NCBI GenBank assembly: GCA_025934695.1
Contig: JAICWS010000005.1
Coordinates: forward strand, 146,206 to 210,205
Length of the DNA stretch: 64,000 nt
Source: Alphaproteobacteria bacterium
Lineage (GTDB): Bacteria; Pseudomonadota; Alphaproteobacteria; Micavibrionales; UBA2020
Direction of reading: 5' to 3'
A model generated the notes under the pieces. That model was given only the letters and a program-made list of their open reading frames with translations. It was not told the origin of the DNA and searched no databases. Position numbers and translations under genes: made by a program. Positions 37,275-46,137 of this stretch are shown here, in pieces; within the stretch, counting starts at the first letter, position 1, and each line of letters opens with the position of its first letter.

Positions 37275-38384
37275 TTAGATAAGCTCGGGGTTCTTCAGCC
37301 AGCTTTTCATGATGCGCTGGACGTCGAAATCCTTCATCGCGTCGAAGTTCTTGAGCGCCTGGGCCAGCTCGCGCTGGTCGACGATCTTGTCGCCGGTGCG
37401 GATGCCGCGGCTGAGCAGGAAGATCGACGCAAATTCCGATTTCATCATGTTTATGTAGCGGCAGGCCACGACAAAGGGCCGTCCGCCGTCTTTCTGGATC
37501 AGTTTCACCACGTTTTCGGGCGACATCGTCGCGCGCTCGGCGAAGAGCGCCACGAAGAAGCCCACCTGGCCGCGGCGCAGCGTCTTGATCATGAGGTCGG
37601 GCGTATTGTCCTTGCGCTCGGTGAAGCGCTTGGCAAGCACGATCATGTCGGGCGTGGTTTCGCGCAGGCCCTTGGCCTCGTTGCTAAGCTCGTGGATCAG
37701 GCCTTCCAGCGCCTGGTCGAAGACATGGCCCGAGATGACGAATTTGCTCGCGATCTCCTGGCGCAGCGCCTGGCTGACCACCATGTAAAGGTCGATGGCG
37801 ATTTCCGGATCGACTTCGGGTCGGCGCAAGAGGGGCGCCTGCAGCCCTTCGGACTTCAGCGAGAACTTGACCATCTTTTTCATGGAAGTTTTCTGAAGAT
37901 TGACGCGCTGGTTGTCGATGAGGGTCATTACCGTCGCGGTATCGCCCGTGTCGATCAGCTTGTCGGCCACGGTCGGGCTCAGGGTTTCGCGCTTCGCGAT
38001 GGTCTGCCAGTGTTCCTGGCCCTTGGACGCGATGACGTACATCAGGTCGACGTCGTTGAGCACCGGGCTGTGCAGCAGCACATGCCTGGCGACGGAAATC
38101 TGGTCGTTGGCGAGATACACGATGAGTTCGGGCGGAACGTTCGTCTGCACCGACAGGCGTTCGGACAGGGCGGCGCGCAGGTCGATTTCGGCCTGGCGGA
38201 TCAGGTTGAGAAGAATGTCGCTGGCTATCGCTCTTTCTGAATCGGTTAGCTTGCGTTCGTCGAAGAACTGCGAAACGGCTTTCGCGAGGCGGTGACGCCC
38301 GGCCTCGGAAGTGTCCTGTGCGCACTCAAGAAGCTCTTGCGGATCCAATATATTTACCCCTCTGTGTTCCGATGCGCGTGCCAT
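37275..38384 (-). CDS. DUF2336-like protein
   Basis: LLNLIRQAEIDLRAALSERL...PPELIVYLANDQISVARHVLLHSPVLND pattern. Start taken at MARASEH. Confidence 0.65.
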   Translation of the reverse strand: MARASEHRGVNILDPQELLECAQDTSEAGRHRLAKAVSQFFDERKLTDSERAIASDILLNLIRQAEIDLRAALSERLSVQTNVPPELIVYLANDQISVARHVLLHSPVLNDVDLMYVIASKGQEHWQTIAKRETLSPTVADKLIDTGDTATVMTLIDNQRVNLQKTSMKKMVKFSLKSEGLQAPLLRRPEVDPEIAIDLYMVVSQALRQEIASKFVISGHVFDQALEGLIHELSNEAKGLRETTPDMIVLAKRFTERKDNTPDLMIKTLRRGQVGFFVALFAERATMSPENVVKLIQKDGGRPFVVACRYINMMKSEFASIFLLSRGIRTGDKIVDQRELAQALKNFDAMKDFDVQRIMKSWLKNPELI

Positions 38385-38712
38385 CCCCTTACTCCCCTTC
38401 GCGCACGTCCCCATTGTAACCATTTCCCCGGATGGCTGGGTTCGCGTATTTTCATATATCTTATCTAAAATTTTAACGAAATGTCATTAAAGATCATTTA
38501 ATGATGCCGGAATATCTGCATATCAGGGCGATAGCATCTATGTGCCAAGGCGGTTTGTTGCCGATGGCAGATTTCCTTTTTGAACACCGAATCCTCTCTG
38601 CCAAGGACATTGGCAGGTTAACAAAACCTTAACTCCGCACATGTTACGATAAATATGGGACAGTCCATTTTGCCTTCGCCGGCATGTGGATTGAAAAATG
38701 GGAGTGGAGACG

Positions 38713-38982
38713 ATGGTAAACCCGGTGGGCTTCAGCCCACAGCAGGCGGTTGCCCAGCAGTCGAACACAGCGACAGCGCAGGAAGTGCGCCAGCGCAATG
38801 AGCAGACGCAGCCGCGCCAGGCGCCCCCTGCGCAGACGCAGCAGAACACGCTGCAGACGCGGGGCGACGACCAGCGACGCCCGGGTTACCAACCGGGCCC
38901 GCGGCCACGGCAGTTTTCATCAGGGGGAACAGAAAGTCCGGGGAATGGCCGGCGCGGACAGCTGGTGGATATCGTGGCATAG
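38713..38982 (+). CDS. small Gln/Pro-rich protein, possibly YjfB-like (putative motility protein)
   Basis: Q-rich and disordered. The C-terminal RGQLVDIVA resembles the G-x-x-(L/V)-D-(V/I)-x-A end of YjfB-type proteins. Followed by a strong terminator. Confidence 0.45.
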   Translation: MVNPVGFSPQQAVAQQSNTATAQEVRQRNEQTQPRQAPPAQTQQNTLQTRGDDQRRPGYQPGPRPRQFSSGGTESPGNGRRGQLVDIVA

Positions 38983-39019
38983 ACCGCCGCAGCGTCTGCC
39001 GTCAAAAGAAAATCGCACA

Positions 39020-39051
39020 AGGCCTGCCGTTTTCATCGGCAGGCTTTTTTC
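39020..39051 (+). terminator. rho-independent terminator
   Basis: GCCTGCCG-TTTTCAT-CGGCAGGC followed by TTTTTT. Confidence 0.85.
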
Positions 39052-39068
39052 ATTTGCGCGACGACAGC

Positions 39069-39335
39069 TCAGGGCCTGAATACTTTGTAAGGAGACGTAT
39101 AACTATTCGGATGCCTTATTGCCTGATCAGTCATGTCAGCTGCAACGGCAGCCATTTCGCCGAAGCCGCCCAGGTTCCCGGTCATGCAGGCGCCGAGAAG
39201 TCCTTTGACCAGGCCGACTTCAAGGCTGAGCACAGCGGACTGCTGCGGATCGAGATTAAGCTTGGCACCCATAAACGAACTGCCAGTTGGTGACAGCGCC
39301 GGTAGCGAAGGAACGATCCCCGTTGGTATGGCCAT
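39069..39335 (-). CDS. small hypothetical Gly-rich protein
   Basis: GAGGGGG Shine-Dalgarno 9 nt upstream of the ATG. 88 aa. Confidence 0.4.
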   Translation of the reverse strand: MAIPTGIVPSLPALSPTGSSFMGAKLNLDPQQSAVLSLEVGLVKGLLGACMTGNLGGFGEMAAVAADMTDQAIRHPNSYTSPYKVFRP

Positions 39336-39466
39336 TCGAATTACCCCCTCATTGCACCCAGGTTAGATTTATTCATATTACCATAATTACAATCAGCCGC
39401 CAAATGGTGCCAGCTTTCTCAAACAGAATCAGTCTGTTGGGCTAGATTACCGTTCATACCTTATAT

Positions 39467-39495
39467 TTGACATAATAAGACGATTTTGTTATAGT
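39467..39495 (+). promoter_or_regulatory. sigma70-type promoter (TTGACATAAT core)
   Basis: TTGACA, 17 nt spacer, TATAGT. Confidence 0.65.
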
Positions 39496-39523
39496 CAGCG
39501 ACATCATTTTTCTGAGGTCTCTT

Positions 39524-40255
39524 ATGGCTTTCGGCTGGCTGAAACAACTCACAACCACTTTTAAGAGTGCGGCGGACGACCGCTCGCCTTGGGAACAGGA
39601 TCGCGACCGGATGTTCAAAGCCATTAAGACCGGCGATGCAAAAGCCGTCGACGACATCGCGCAGGCCTATCCGGACGAATTCATGACATGGAAGACGAAA
39701 GACGGAACCCCGCTGCAAGTCGCGCAGCAGGAGAATCGTCTGGATGTTTTCGAGACACTTGTCAGGCATGGCGCCGACGTCAATGAGAGAGGCAAGAAGG
39801 ACTGGACTCCCCTCCTGCGCGCCGCCCGCGACACCCAGAAGGATTTTTTTGATTTCCTTGTCGACAATGGCGCGGACCTGGATGCAAAAGCAATCATCAA
39901 GGTATCCTCGAGTGATTACAGTTCGACGACTTACACCGCGACGGCGCTGCACCTCTGCATAAAGAACGACAACAAGGATATGGTCATCAAGTTGCTCGAA
40001 CGCGGCGCCGACCCGAATGTGCAGGCGCATATGACATGGGGCGGATCTGCGGACCGCACGTCCGCGGATTATGCGGAGTACAAGAAAAAATTTACCCTGG
40101 CCGACGCCTGCAAGCGCGCGGACAAAATTCGCGCCGCCTATCTGGCCGAGCATCCGGCGCAACCGGCAGCCGCCATCCCCGTCGACGAGATTGCTGGCAA
40201 GATCACGGTAAACAGCCCGCTGCAGCTGAAAAGGCCCGAAAACACGGCTCCTTAA
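39524..40255 (+). CDS. ankyrin-repeat protein
   Basis: DWTPLLRAARDTQKDFFDFLVDNGADLDAK; TALHLCIKNDNKDMVIKLLERGADPN. Tail is ITVNSPLQLKRPENTAP. Confidence 0.85.
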   Translation: MAFGWLKQLTTTFKSAADDRSPWEQDRDRMFKAIKTGDAKAVDDIAQAYPDEFMTWKTKDGTPLQVAQQENRLDVFETLVRHGADVNERGKKDWTPLLRAARDTQKDFFDFLVDNGADLDAKAIIKVSSSDYSSTTYTATALHLCIKNDNKDMVIKLLERGADPNVQAHMTWGGSADRTSADYAEYKKKFTLADACKRADKIRAAYLAEHPAQPAAAIPVDEIAGKITVNSPLQLKRPENTAP

Positions 40256-40266
40256 TTGCTTTTGCT

Positions 40267-40295
40267 TTGACATAATCATACTAATGTGGTAGAGT
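40267..40295 (+). promoter_or_regulatory. sigma70-type promoter (TTGACATAAT core)
   Basis: TTGACA, 17 nt spacer, TAGAGT. Confidence 0.6.
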
Positions 40296-40320
40296 TTCTT
40301 ATTCTTTCGAGGTGAAGAGA

Positions 40321-40983
40321 ATGTCATTTCCCTGGCTGAACTCGCTTGAAAGCGCTTTCGAACCGCATGCCGCGCATCCGCAGACCACGCTGGAGCGCGA
40401 CCAGAAAAAATTCTGGCATGCCATGCAGACCGAGGCGCTCGACGACATGACCGAAGTCATCGGAAAATACGGCGCACAGTGTCTGACCTGGGAAAGCAAG
40501 GATGGCATGCCGCCGCTCCAGACCGCGCAGGCCTGGGGCTGCTTCCAGTCCTTCGTGCAGCTGGTCAGCCTCGGTCTCAGCACGGATGTGGATTACGGCC
40601 AGGGCTGGACGCCCCTGCTGACAGCCCTGCGCGACAACGACAAATTTTTTATCGAATACATCATCGGTAACAAGCCCAATCTCGACGCCGTCGCCACCGA
40701 CAACAAGGGCCGTACGCACACCGCCCTGCAGTTCGCCGTCGATCATGGCAATATCGACGCGGTGCGCATGCTGATCGAGCGCGGCGCAAACGACAAGCTC
40801 GAGATCGAAGGCAAGGACGGCATGAAGATGCTGCCCGCGGATTACGCGCGCGCGAAGCACGAGGGAAAAATTGCCGAACTCCTCGACCTCGCCCCGCAGG
40901 TACGCGAGATCTACGAGAAACAGCGCGTTCCTTTCGTACCGCCGGCAGCGGCCGCGCCTGATGCACCCGCGGCCCCGAAATAA
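40321..40983 (+). CDS. ankyrin-repeat protein (tandem paralogue of 39524..40255)
   Basis: MSFPWLNSLESAFEP parallels MAFGWLKQLTTTFKS. GWTPLLTALRDNDKFFIEYII; TALQFAVDHGNIDAVRMLIERGAND. GAGGTG Shine-Dalgarno. Confidence 0.8.
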   Translation: MSFPWLNSLESAFEPHAAHPQTTLERDQKKFWHAMQTEALDDMTEVIGKYGAQCLTWESKDGMPPLQTAQAWGCFQSFVQLVSLGLSTDVDYGQGWTPLLTALRDNDKFFIEYIIGNKPNLDAVATDNKGRTHTALQFAVDHGNIDAVRMLIERGANDKLEIEGKDGMKMLPADYARAKHEGKIAELLDLAPQVREIYEKQRVPFVPPAAAAPDAPAAPK

Positions 40984-41083
40984 TCTTTCATCTTATGGCA
41001 AGACGGCGGCCAGCTCGCGAAGAGACTTGACCCTTATGCAAATTTTGTCGTTATATACCCCATTCTTATAGAGAACGGGGCTT

Positions 41084-42208
41084 ATGGCCGATTCAAAACT
41101 CAAAGGCGATTTTGAGAAAAATGCCGCGTCTGGAGATGCGCCCTCTTCGGTCATCAGGACGGACGCGATCATCATCGGCGCGGGTCCCGTGGGTCTCTTC
41201 TCGGTGCTTGAGCTCGGCATGCAGGAGATGAAAGCGCATGTCGTCGACGTGCTCGACAAGCCGGGCGGCCAATGCGCGGAGCTTTATCCCGAAAAAGCCA
41301 TCTTCGACATCCCTGCCCTGCCCGGCGTCACGGGTCAGGAGCTCGTCGACAAGCTGATGCTCCAGATCAAGCCGTACAATCCAACCTTCCATCTCGGCGA
41401 AATGGCCGAAAAGCTGGAAGAGTTGCCGACCGGCGGCTGGCGCCTGACCACGAATACCGGCACCGTGCTGGAAGCGCCGGTCGTCGTCGTGGCGGCAGGC
41501 TGCGGCGCCTTCATGCCGAAGAAGCCCTCGATCCCGCATATCGACGAATATGAAGGCAAGTCGGTGTTCTATAACGTGCGCAGCAAGGACGCCTTCAAGG
41601 GCAAGAAAGTCCTCATTGCGGGCGGCGGCGATTCCGCGCTCGACTGGGTGCGCGAGCTTCAGCCGCTGGCAGCGGAAGTCAACCTCATCCACCGCCGCGA
41701 CGAGTTCCGCGGCGCGCCCGACAGCGTCAGCAAGATGCGCGCGCTGGTCGAGGACGGCAAGGTCGGCCTGCACATCGGAGAAATCATCAAGCTGAACGGC
41801 AAGGACGGGCAGCTGGAATCCGTCACCGTGAAGAACCTCAAGGGCGAAACCTTCAATATCGAGTGCGACACGTTGCTGCCCTTCTACGGCCTCAACATGA
41901 AGCTGGGCCCGCTCGCCAAATGGGGCCTCAACATGGACAAGAACCAGATCGAGGTCGATACCGAGAAATTCCAGACCTCCGCGCCCGGCATCTTCGCGAT
42001 CGGCGACATCAACAGCTATCCCGGCAAGCGCCGCATTATTCTGTCGGGATTCCATGAAGCCGCGCTGATGGCCCACGCTGCCGTCCCCATCGCCTTCCCC
42101 AACAAGAAGCCGAATTTGATGCATTCGACGACGAAGGGCGATGCGGAGAAGAAGGCGGCAAAGAAGGACAAGGCGGCGAAGCCGGAACCGAAGGCGCCGA
42201 AAATCTGA
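41084..42208 (+). CDS. ferredoxin--NADP(+) reductase, thioredoxin-reductase-like type, with Lys-rich C-terminal tail
   Basis: DAIIIGAGPVGLF, GGQCAELYPEKAIFDIP and IAGGGDSALDW. Tail is GDAEKKAAKKDKAAKPEPKAPKI. Confidence 0.88.
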   Translation: MADSKLKGDFEKNAASGDAPSSVIRTDAIIIGAGPVGLFSVLELGMQEMKAHVVDVLDKPGGQCAELYPEKAIFDIPALPGVTGQELVDKLMLQIKPYNPTFHLGEMAEKLEELPTGGWRLTTNTGTVLEAPVVVVAAGCGAFMPKKPSIPHIDEYEGKSVFYNVRSKDAFKGKKVLIAGGGDSALDWVRELQPLAAEVNLIHRRDEFRGAPDSVSKMRALVEDGKVGLHIGEIIKLNGKDGQLESVTVKNLKGETFNIECDTLLPFYGLNMKLGPLAKWGLNMDKNQIEVDTEKFQTSAPGIFAIGDINSYPGKRRIILSGFHEAALMAHAAVPIAFPNKKPNLMHSTTKGDAEKKAAKKDKAAKPEPKAPKI

Positions 42209-42213
42209 ATCGC

Positions 42214-42240
42214 AACCCCGGCGAAAGCCGGGATCTAAAC
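42214..42240. repeat. hairpin-repeat half element
   Basis: AACCCCGGCGAAAGCCGGGATCTAAAC, between convergent genes. Confidence 0.7.
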
Positions 42241-42319
42241 TCTCCCAGGTGAAACGACAGTTCTTGCGATGGAGCCACCGTTCCAACTGTGCCACCTTAG
42301 GCCCTGGCGTACGCGGGGG

Positions 42320-43399
42320 TTACCTTTTGGAGTAGAGCCGCTCCAGCGCCTCGGCAGCGAGCTGTCGGGTCAGCTCTCCCGCCGCAACCGTGCGCGACAG
42401 GCGCGCCGCTTGGCCTGACCAGACGTTCGTAAAATCGTGCCGGCCCGCCGCCTCCGCGGCTTTCTTCAGCGGTGCCAGCGCGGCAGCCGCCTGCGGAAAA
42501 GCGGGCGCAGCGTCGGATATGGGCCCAAGTTCGCGGATCGCCCGATTGACGAGGCCGCGCGCTGGACGTCCGCTGAAAATATTGGTGATGACCGTATTGT
42601 CGTCCCGCGCCTGCGCGAGCGCTTTTTTGTAAACGGAACTGATGATGGCCTCTGGGCAAAACAGATACGCTGTTCCTATCTGGACCGCGGATGCCTCTAG
42701 CATGAAAGCGGCGGCGATGCTGCGCCCGTCGGCGATGCCGCCTGCTGCGATGACGGGCACTTCCACCGCATCCGCCACCTGCGGCACCAGCGCGAAAGTG
42801 CCGGGCTGGGCGGCAACGTCGTTCGCCAGGAACATGCTGCGGTGCCCGCCCGCCTCCACGCCCTGAGCGATGACGGCGTCGCAGCCCTGCTGTTCCAGCC
42901 AGACAGCCTCCGCCACGGTCGTCGCGGAGCCGATCACCTTCGCCCCCGTCGCCTTGACGCGATCCAGAAGCTTCTTTTCCGGCAGACCAAAATGGAAACT
43001 GACGACCTGCGGCCTGAATTCTTCAACCACCGCGCACATGGCCTCATCGAAAGGCGCGCGGTTTGCGGCCGCGACGGTCGCGCCCGGGTCGAGGCCGAGT
43101 TCGGCATAATATTTGTCGAGCTTCTTCTTCCAAGCCACGTCGCGCACGGCGTCGGGAGCTTGCGGCACATGGCAAAAGAAATTGAGGTTAAGCGGCTTCT
43201 TTGAATGCTGCCGGAAATTCGCCAGTTCCTCCCGCGCCTGCTGCGGCGTCAGCATCGCGCAGGGAATGGAGCCGAGACCGCCCGCCTCGCTGACCGCGAT
43301 CGCCATCGCCGACAGGTTGGCGCCCGCCATTGGCGCCTGGATGATCGGCAGTTCGATTTTGAAAAGGTCGAGAATGCGGCGATCCGGCCAGCCGGACAT
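42320..43399 (-). CDS. nitronate monooxygenase (2-nitropropane dioxygenase family)
   Basis: ELPIIQAPMAGANLSAMAIAVSEAGGLGSIP. The ATG at 43399 overlaps the amn stop (TAATG). Confidence 0.88.
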   Translation of the reverse strand: MSGWPDRRILDLFKIELPIIQAPMAGANLSAMAIAVSEAGGLGSIPCAMLTPQQAREELANFRQHSKKPLNLNFFCHVPQAPDAVRDVAWKKKLDKYYAELGLDPGATVAAANRAPFDEAMCAVVEEFRPQVVSFHFGLPEKKLLDRVKATGAKVIGSATTVAEAVWLEQQGCDAVIAQGVEAGGHRSMFLANDVAAQPGTFALVPQVADAVEVPVIAAGGIADGRSIAAAFMLEASAVQIGTAYLFCPEAIISSVYKKALAQARDDNTVITNIFSGRPARGLVNRAIRELGPISDAAPAFPQAAAALAPLKKAAEAAGRHDFTNVWSGQAARLSRTVAAGELTRQLAAEALERLYSKR

Positions 43400-44883
43400 T
43401 AAAGAAACGCCACTTCCGTGAAGCTGCGGAGCTTGCGGCTGTGCAGGCGGCCCGGGCCCATGGCGCGGATTTTCTCCATCGTCGAGACGCCGATTTTCAG
43501 GTGCTGCTCGACGCGCTCGCGGTAGAAAGTATCCGCCATGCCGGGCAGCTTGAGCTGGCCGTGCAGCGGCTTGTCCGAGACGCAGAGCAGCGTGCCGTAA
43601 GGAACGCGGAAGCGAAAGCCGTTGGTGCAGATGGTCGCGGATTCCATATCGAGCGCGACGGCACGGCACTGGCTGAGGCGCTGGACGGGAACCGACTGCT
43701 CCCAAAGCTCCCAGTTGCGGTCGCTGACCGTGGCGACGGTGCCCGTGCGCATGATTTTCTTGAGGTCGTAGTCTTTCAGGCCGGTGATTTCCGACACGGC
43801 CTTTTCGAGGGCGACCTGGATTTCAGAAAGAGCGGGAATGGGCACCCACAAGGGCACCGCGCTGTCGAGAACGCCGTCGTCGCGCACGTAGCCGTGCGAG
43901 AGCACATAATCGCCGAGCTTCTGCGAGTTTCGCAGCCCCGCGCAATGGCCCAGCATGATCCAGGCGTGGGAGCGCAAGACGGCAACATGGTCGGTGATCG
44001 TCTTCGCGTTCGAGGGGCCGACACCGATGTTGATGAGAGTGATGCCCATGCCGTCGCGGCGCTTGAGGTGATAGGCCGGCATCTGCGGCATGCGCGGCGG
44101 CTTCTGGCCCTCGTTGCCGGTCGTTTCGGTATTGGCGTTATAAGTGACGGCATTGCCGGGCTCGACGAAGGCGTAATATTCCTCGCCCCGTTCGTCCATA
44201 CCCTCTTCGGACTTCGTCATCAGCTTGTGGCCGTCGCGCACGAATTCGTCGACATAGAACTGGTAGTTCGTGAACAGCACGAATTTCTGGAAGTGCTCGG
44301 CCGAAGTGCCGGTGTAATGCTTGAGGCGCTGCAGGCTTAAATCCACGCGCTGCGCATTGAAGAGCGCGAGCGGGCCGGGGTCGCCCGGCTTCGTCACATG
44401 CGTGCCGTTCGGGATCGTATCGTCCATATGCGCGAGGTCGGGCTGGTCAAAGATCATCGGCAGCGTCTGTATCTGCTCGGCGGTCAGATCGCGCTCGAGG
44501 TGGAATTTGTCGCCCAGCGCGAAATGCAGCGGGATCGGCAGATCGCTCACGCCCACTTCCAGCTCCGCGTCCGGGTGGTTTGTCAGCAGCAGCGTGAACT
44601 GCTCGAGATAATAATTCCGGTAGAGGTCGGGGCGCGTGATCGTGCAGCTGTAAGTTCCAGGGCGCGAAATGAAGCCGTAGGACAGGCGGTTGTCGATCGA
44701 GGGGCCCTTGGTGGTCGTGATCGCAACGTAAGGATAGGTCGCGCGCACGCGCACGTCGGAATCCCACTCGCTCTTCCCAAACAGGTCGAAGGCGTGGCGC
44801 AGATAATTGACGTTGGCGTCGTAGATTTCCTTGGCCCAGGCAAGCGCCTTGTCGGGGTCGCGAAAACCCCGCGTGGTCATCAT
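43399..44883 (-). CDS. amn: AMP nucleosidase
   Basis: Regulatory N-domain plus a PNP/UDP-type catalytic domain (GITLINIGVGPSNAKTITDH, AVALDMESATI). Start uncertain (44883 or 44922). Confidence 0.88.
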   Translation of the reverse strand: MMTTRGFRDPDKALAWAKEIYDANVNYLRHAFDLFGKSEWDSDVRVRATYPYVAITTTKGPSIDNRLSYGFISRPGTYSCTITRPDLYRNYYLEQFTLLLTNHPDAELEVGVSDLPIPLHFALGDKFHLERDLTAEQIQTLPMIFDQPDLAHMDDTIPNGTHVTKPGDPGPLALFNAQRVDLSLQRLKHYTGTSAEHFQKFVLFTNYQFYVDEFVRDGHKLMTKSEEGMDERGEEYYAFVEPGNAVTYNANTETTGNEGQKPPRMPQMPAYHLKRRDGMGITLINIGVGPSNAKTITDHVAVLRSHAWIMLGHCAGLRNSQKLGDYVLSHGYVRDDGVLDSAVPLWVPIPALSEIQVALEKAVSEITGLKDYDLKKIMRTGTVATVSDRNWELWEQSVPVQRLSQCRAVALDMESATICTNGFRFRVPYGTLLCVSDKPLHGQLKLPGMADTFYRERVEQHLKIGVSTMEKIRAMGPGRLHSRKLRSFTEVAFL

Positions 44884-44908
44884 GCCGTCGCGAATAGGCG
44901 CTGGTACT

Positions 44909-45901
44909 TTAAGTCCGAGCAATGTGGTCTAACCCCGTTAATCCGGCAGCAAAATCCTCGGCGACGAACGGCCTCAGATCATCTACCCCTTCCCCTATAC
45001 CTATAGCATGAACTGGTAAACCAAATCTTTCCACAAGGGAAACCAGGACCCCGCCCTTAGCAGTACCATCCAGTTTCGTAATGATCATCCCAGTTATGTT
45101 AATCATCTGCTTGAATTGTTCGACCTGGCTATGGGCGTTCTGGCCGACCGTGGCGTCCAGCACCAGCAGCGAGGCATGCGGCGCGCCCGGCATCTTCTTC
45201 TGGATGACGCGGACGATCTTGGCCAGCTCCTCCATCAGGTTCTGCTTGTTCTGAAGGCGACCGGCAGTATCGATCATCAGCACGTCGATATCCTCGGCGA
45301 CCGCGCGGTCGAGCGCCTCGAACACGAGGGCCGCGGCATCCGCCCCCTCGCCCTTAGCCACGACGGGGCAGTTCACGCGGCCGGCCCAGACCTTCAGCTG
45401 CTCGACGGCCGCGGCGCGGAAAGTGTCGCCCGCGACTAGCATCACCTTGCGGCCCTCGGTCTTGAACTGGGCGGCGAGCTTTCCGATGGTCGTCGTCTTG
45501 CCGGTGCCGTTCACGCCCGCCACCAGAATGACATAGGGCTTGGCATATTCGCCGAACAGCGGCTTTTCCGCGGGCTCGAGGATCTTTTCGATCTCGGTGC
45601 CGAGCGCGCCGCGGATTTCATCCGCCGTCACTTCCTTGCCGAAGCGCTCCCTGCGGATGCCTTCGACCAGCTTCGCCGCCGTCGCGGGACCAAGGTCGGC
45701 GCTGATCAGCAGCTCTTCCAGCTCCGTCAGCGTCGTTTCGTCGAGGCGCTTGGTGGTGAAAATCTGCGTCACGCCCTCGGTGATCTTCTTCGAGGACTGC
45801 GACAGCTGTTCCTTCAGGCGGGTGAACCAGCCCTTCTTCGAACGCGCCTCGTCCATCGGCTTGGCGACGAGATTGTCTTTCTTTTTGAAGAACCAGATCA
45901 T
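44909..45901 (-). CDS. ftsY: signal recognition particle receptor FtsY
   Basis: VILVAGVNGTGKTTTIGKLA, DTAGRL and TKLDGTAKGG. Start at MIWFFKKK. The longer ORF-track N-terminus runs into a repeat element. Confidence 0.95.
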   Translation of the reverse strand: MIWFFKKKDNLVAKPMDEARSKKGWFTRLKEQLSQSSKKITEGVTQIFTTKRLDETTLTELEELLISADLGPATAAKLVEGIRRERFGKEVTADEIRGALGTEIEKILEPAEKPLFGEYAKPYVILVAGVNGTGKTTTIGKLAAQFKTEGRKVMLVAGDTFRAAAVEQLKVWAGRVNCPVVAKGEGADAAALVFEALDRAVAEDIDVLMIDTAGRLQNKQNLMEELAKIVRVIQKKMPGAPHASLLVLDATVGQNAHSQVEQFKQMINITGMIITKLDGTAKGGVLVSLVERFGLPVHAIGIGEGVDDLRPFVAEDFAAGLTGLDHIART

Positions 45902-45923
45902 ATTGCGGCACCTGAAAAGGGAA

Positions 45924-46132
45924 CCACGAATGGACACGAATTTACACGAATGAAGAATTTGAACCCGAAGACCCGAAGTCCCGAAGAAGAAAAAAGCTGC
46001 GCGCAGCGCAATAAATACCCAGTCCCAGCGCAAACGCGAGAGGCTATTGGGCGCTGGCGCGCCCGCAGGAAAGACTTCGGAACTTCGGGTCTCCGGGCAA
46101 AATATTCGTGTAAATTCGTGTTCATTCGTGGG
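45924..46132. repeat. 209-bp imperfect palindrome with CACGAAT and CCCGAAG sub-repeats
   Basis: Left arm CCACGAATGGACACGAATTTACACGAAT..CCCGAAGACCCGAAGTCCCGAAG is mirrored by CTTCGGAACTTCGGGTCTCCGGG..ATTCGTGTAAATTCGTGTTCATTCGTGG. Confidence 0.8.
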
Positions 46133-46137
46133 TTTCT

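Noticed and set aside
38488-38513. Sigma-28 (FliA)-type promoter TAAA-N14-GCCGGAAT upstream of the YjfB-like ORF.
   Set aside because: The spacer is one nt short and the -10 is imperfect. It would give a 5' UTR of about 190 nt, and there is no flagellar context in the window. I mention it in a finding but do not annotate it as a feature.
43400-43705. N-terminal extension of the nitronate monooxygenase ORF.
   Set aside because: It overlaps the amn 3' end in another frame. The conserved NMO N-terminus starts at MSGWPDRRIL (43399).
45902-46033. N-terminal extension of ftsY.
   Set aside because: It runs through the 209-bp palindrome (..KFVSIRGSLF..). The FtsY homology begins at MIWFFKKK.
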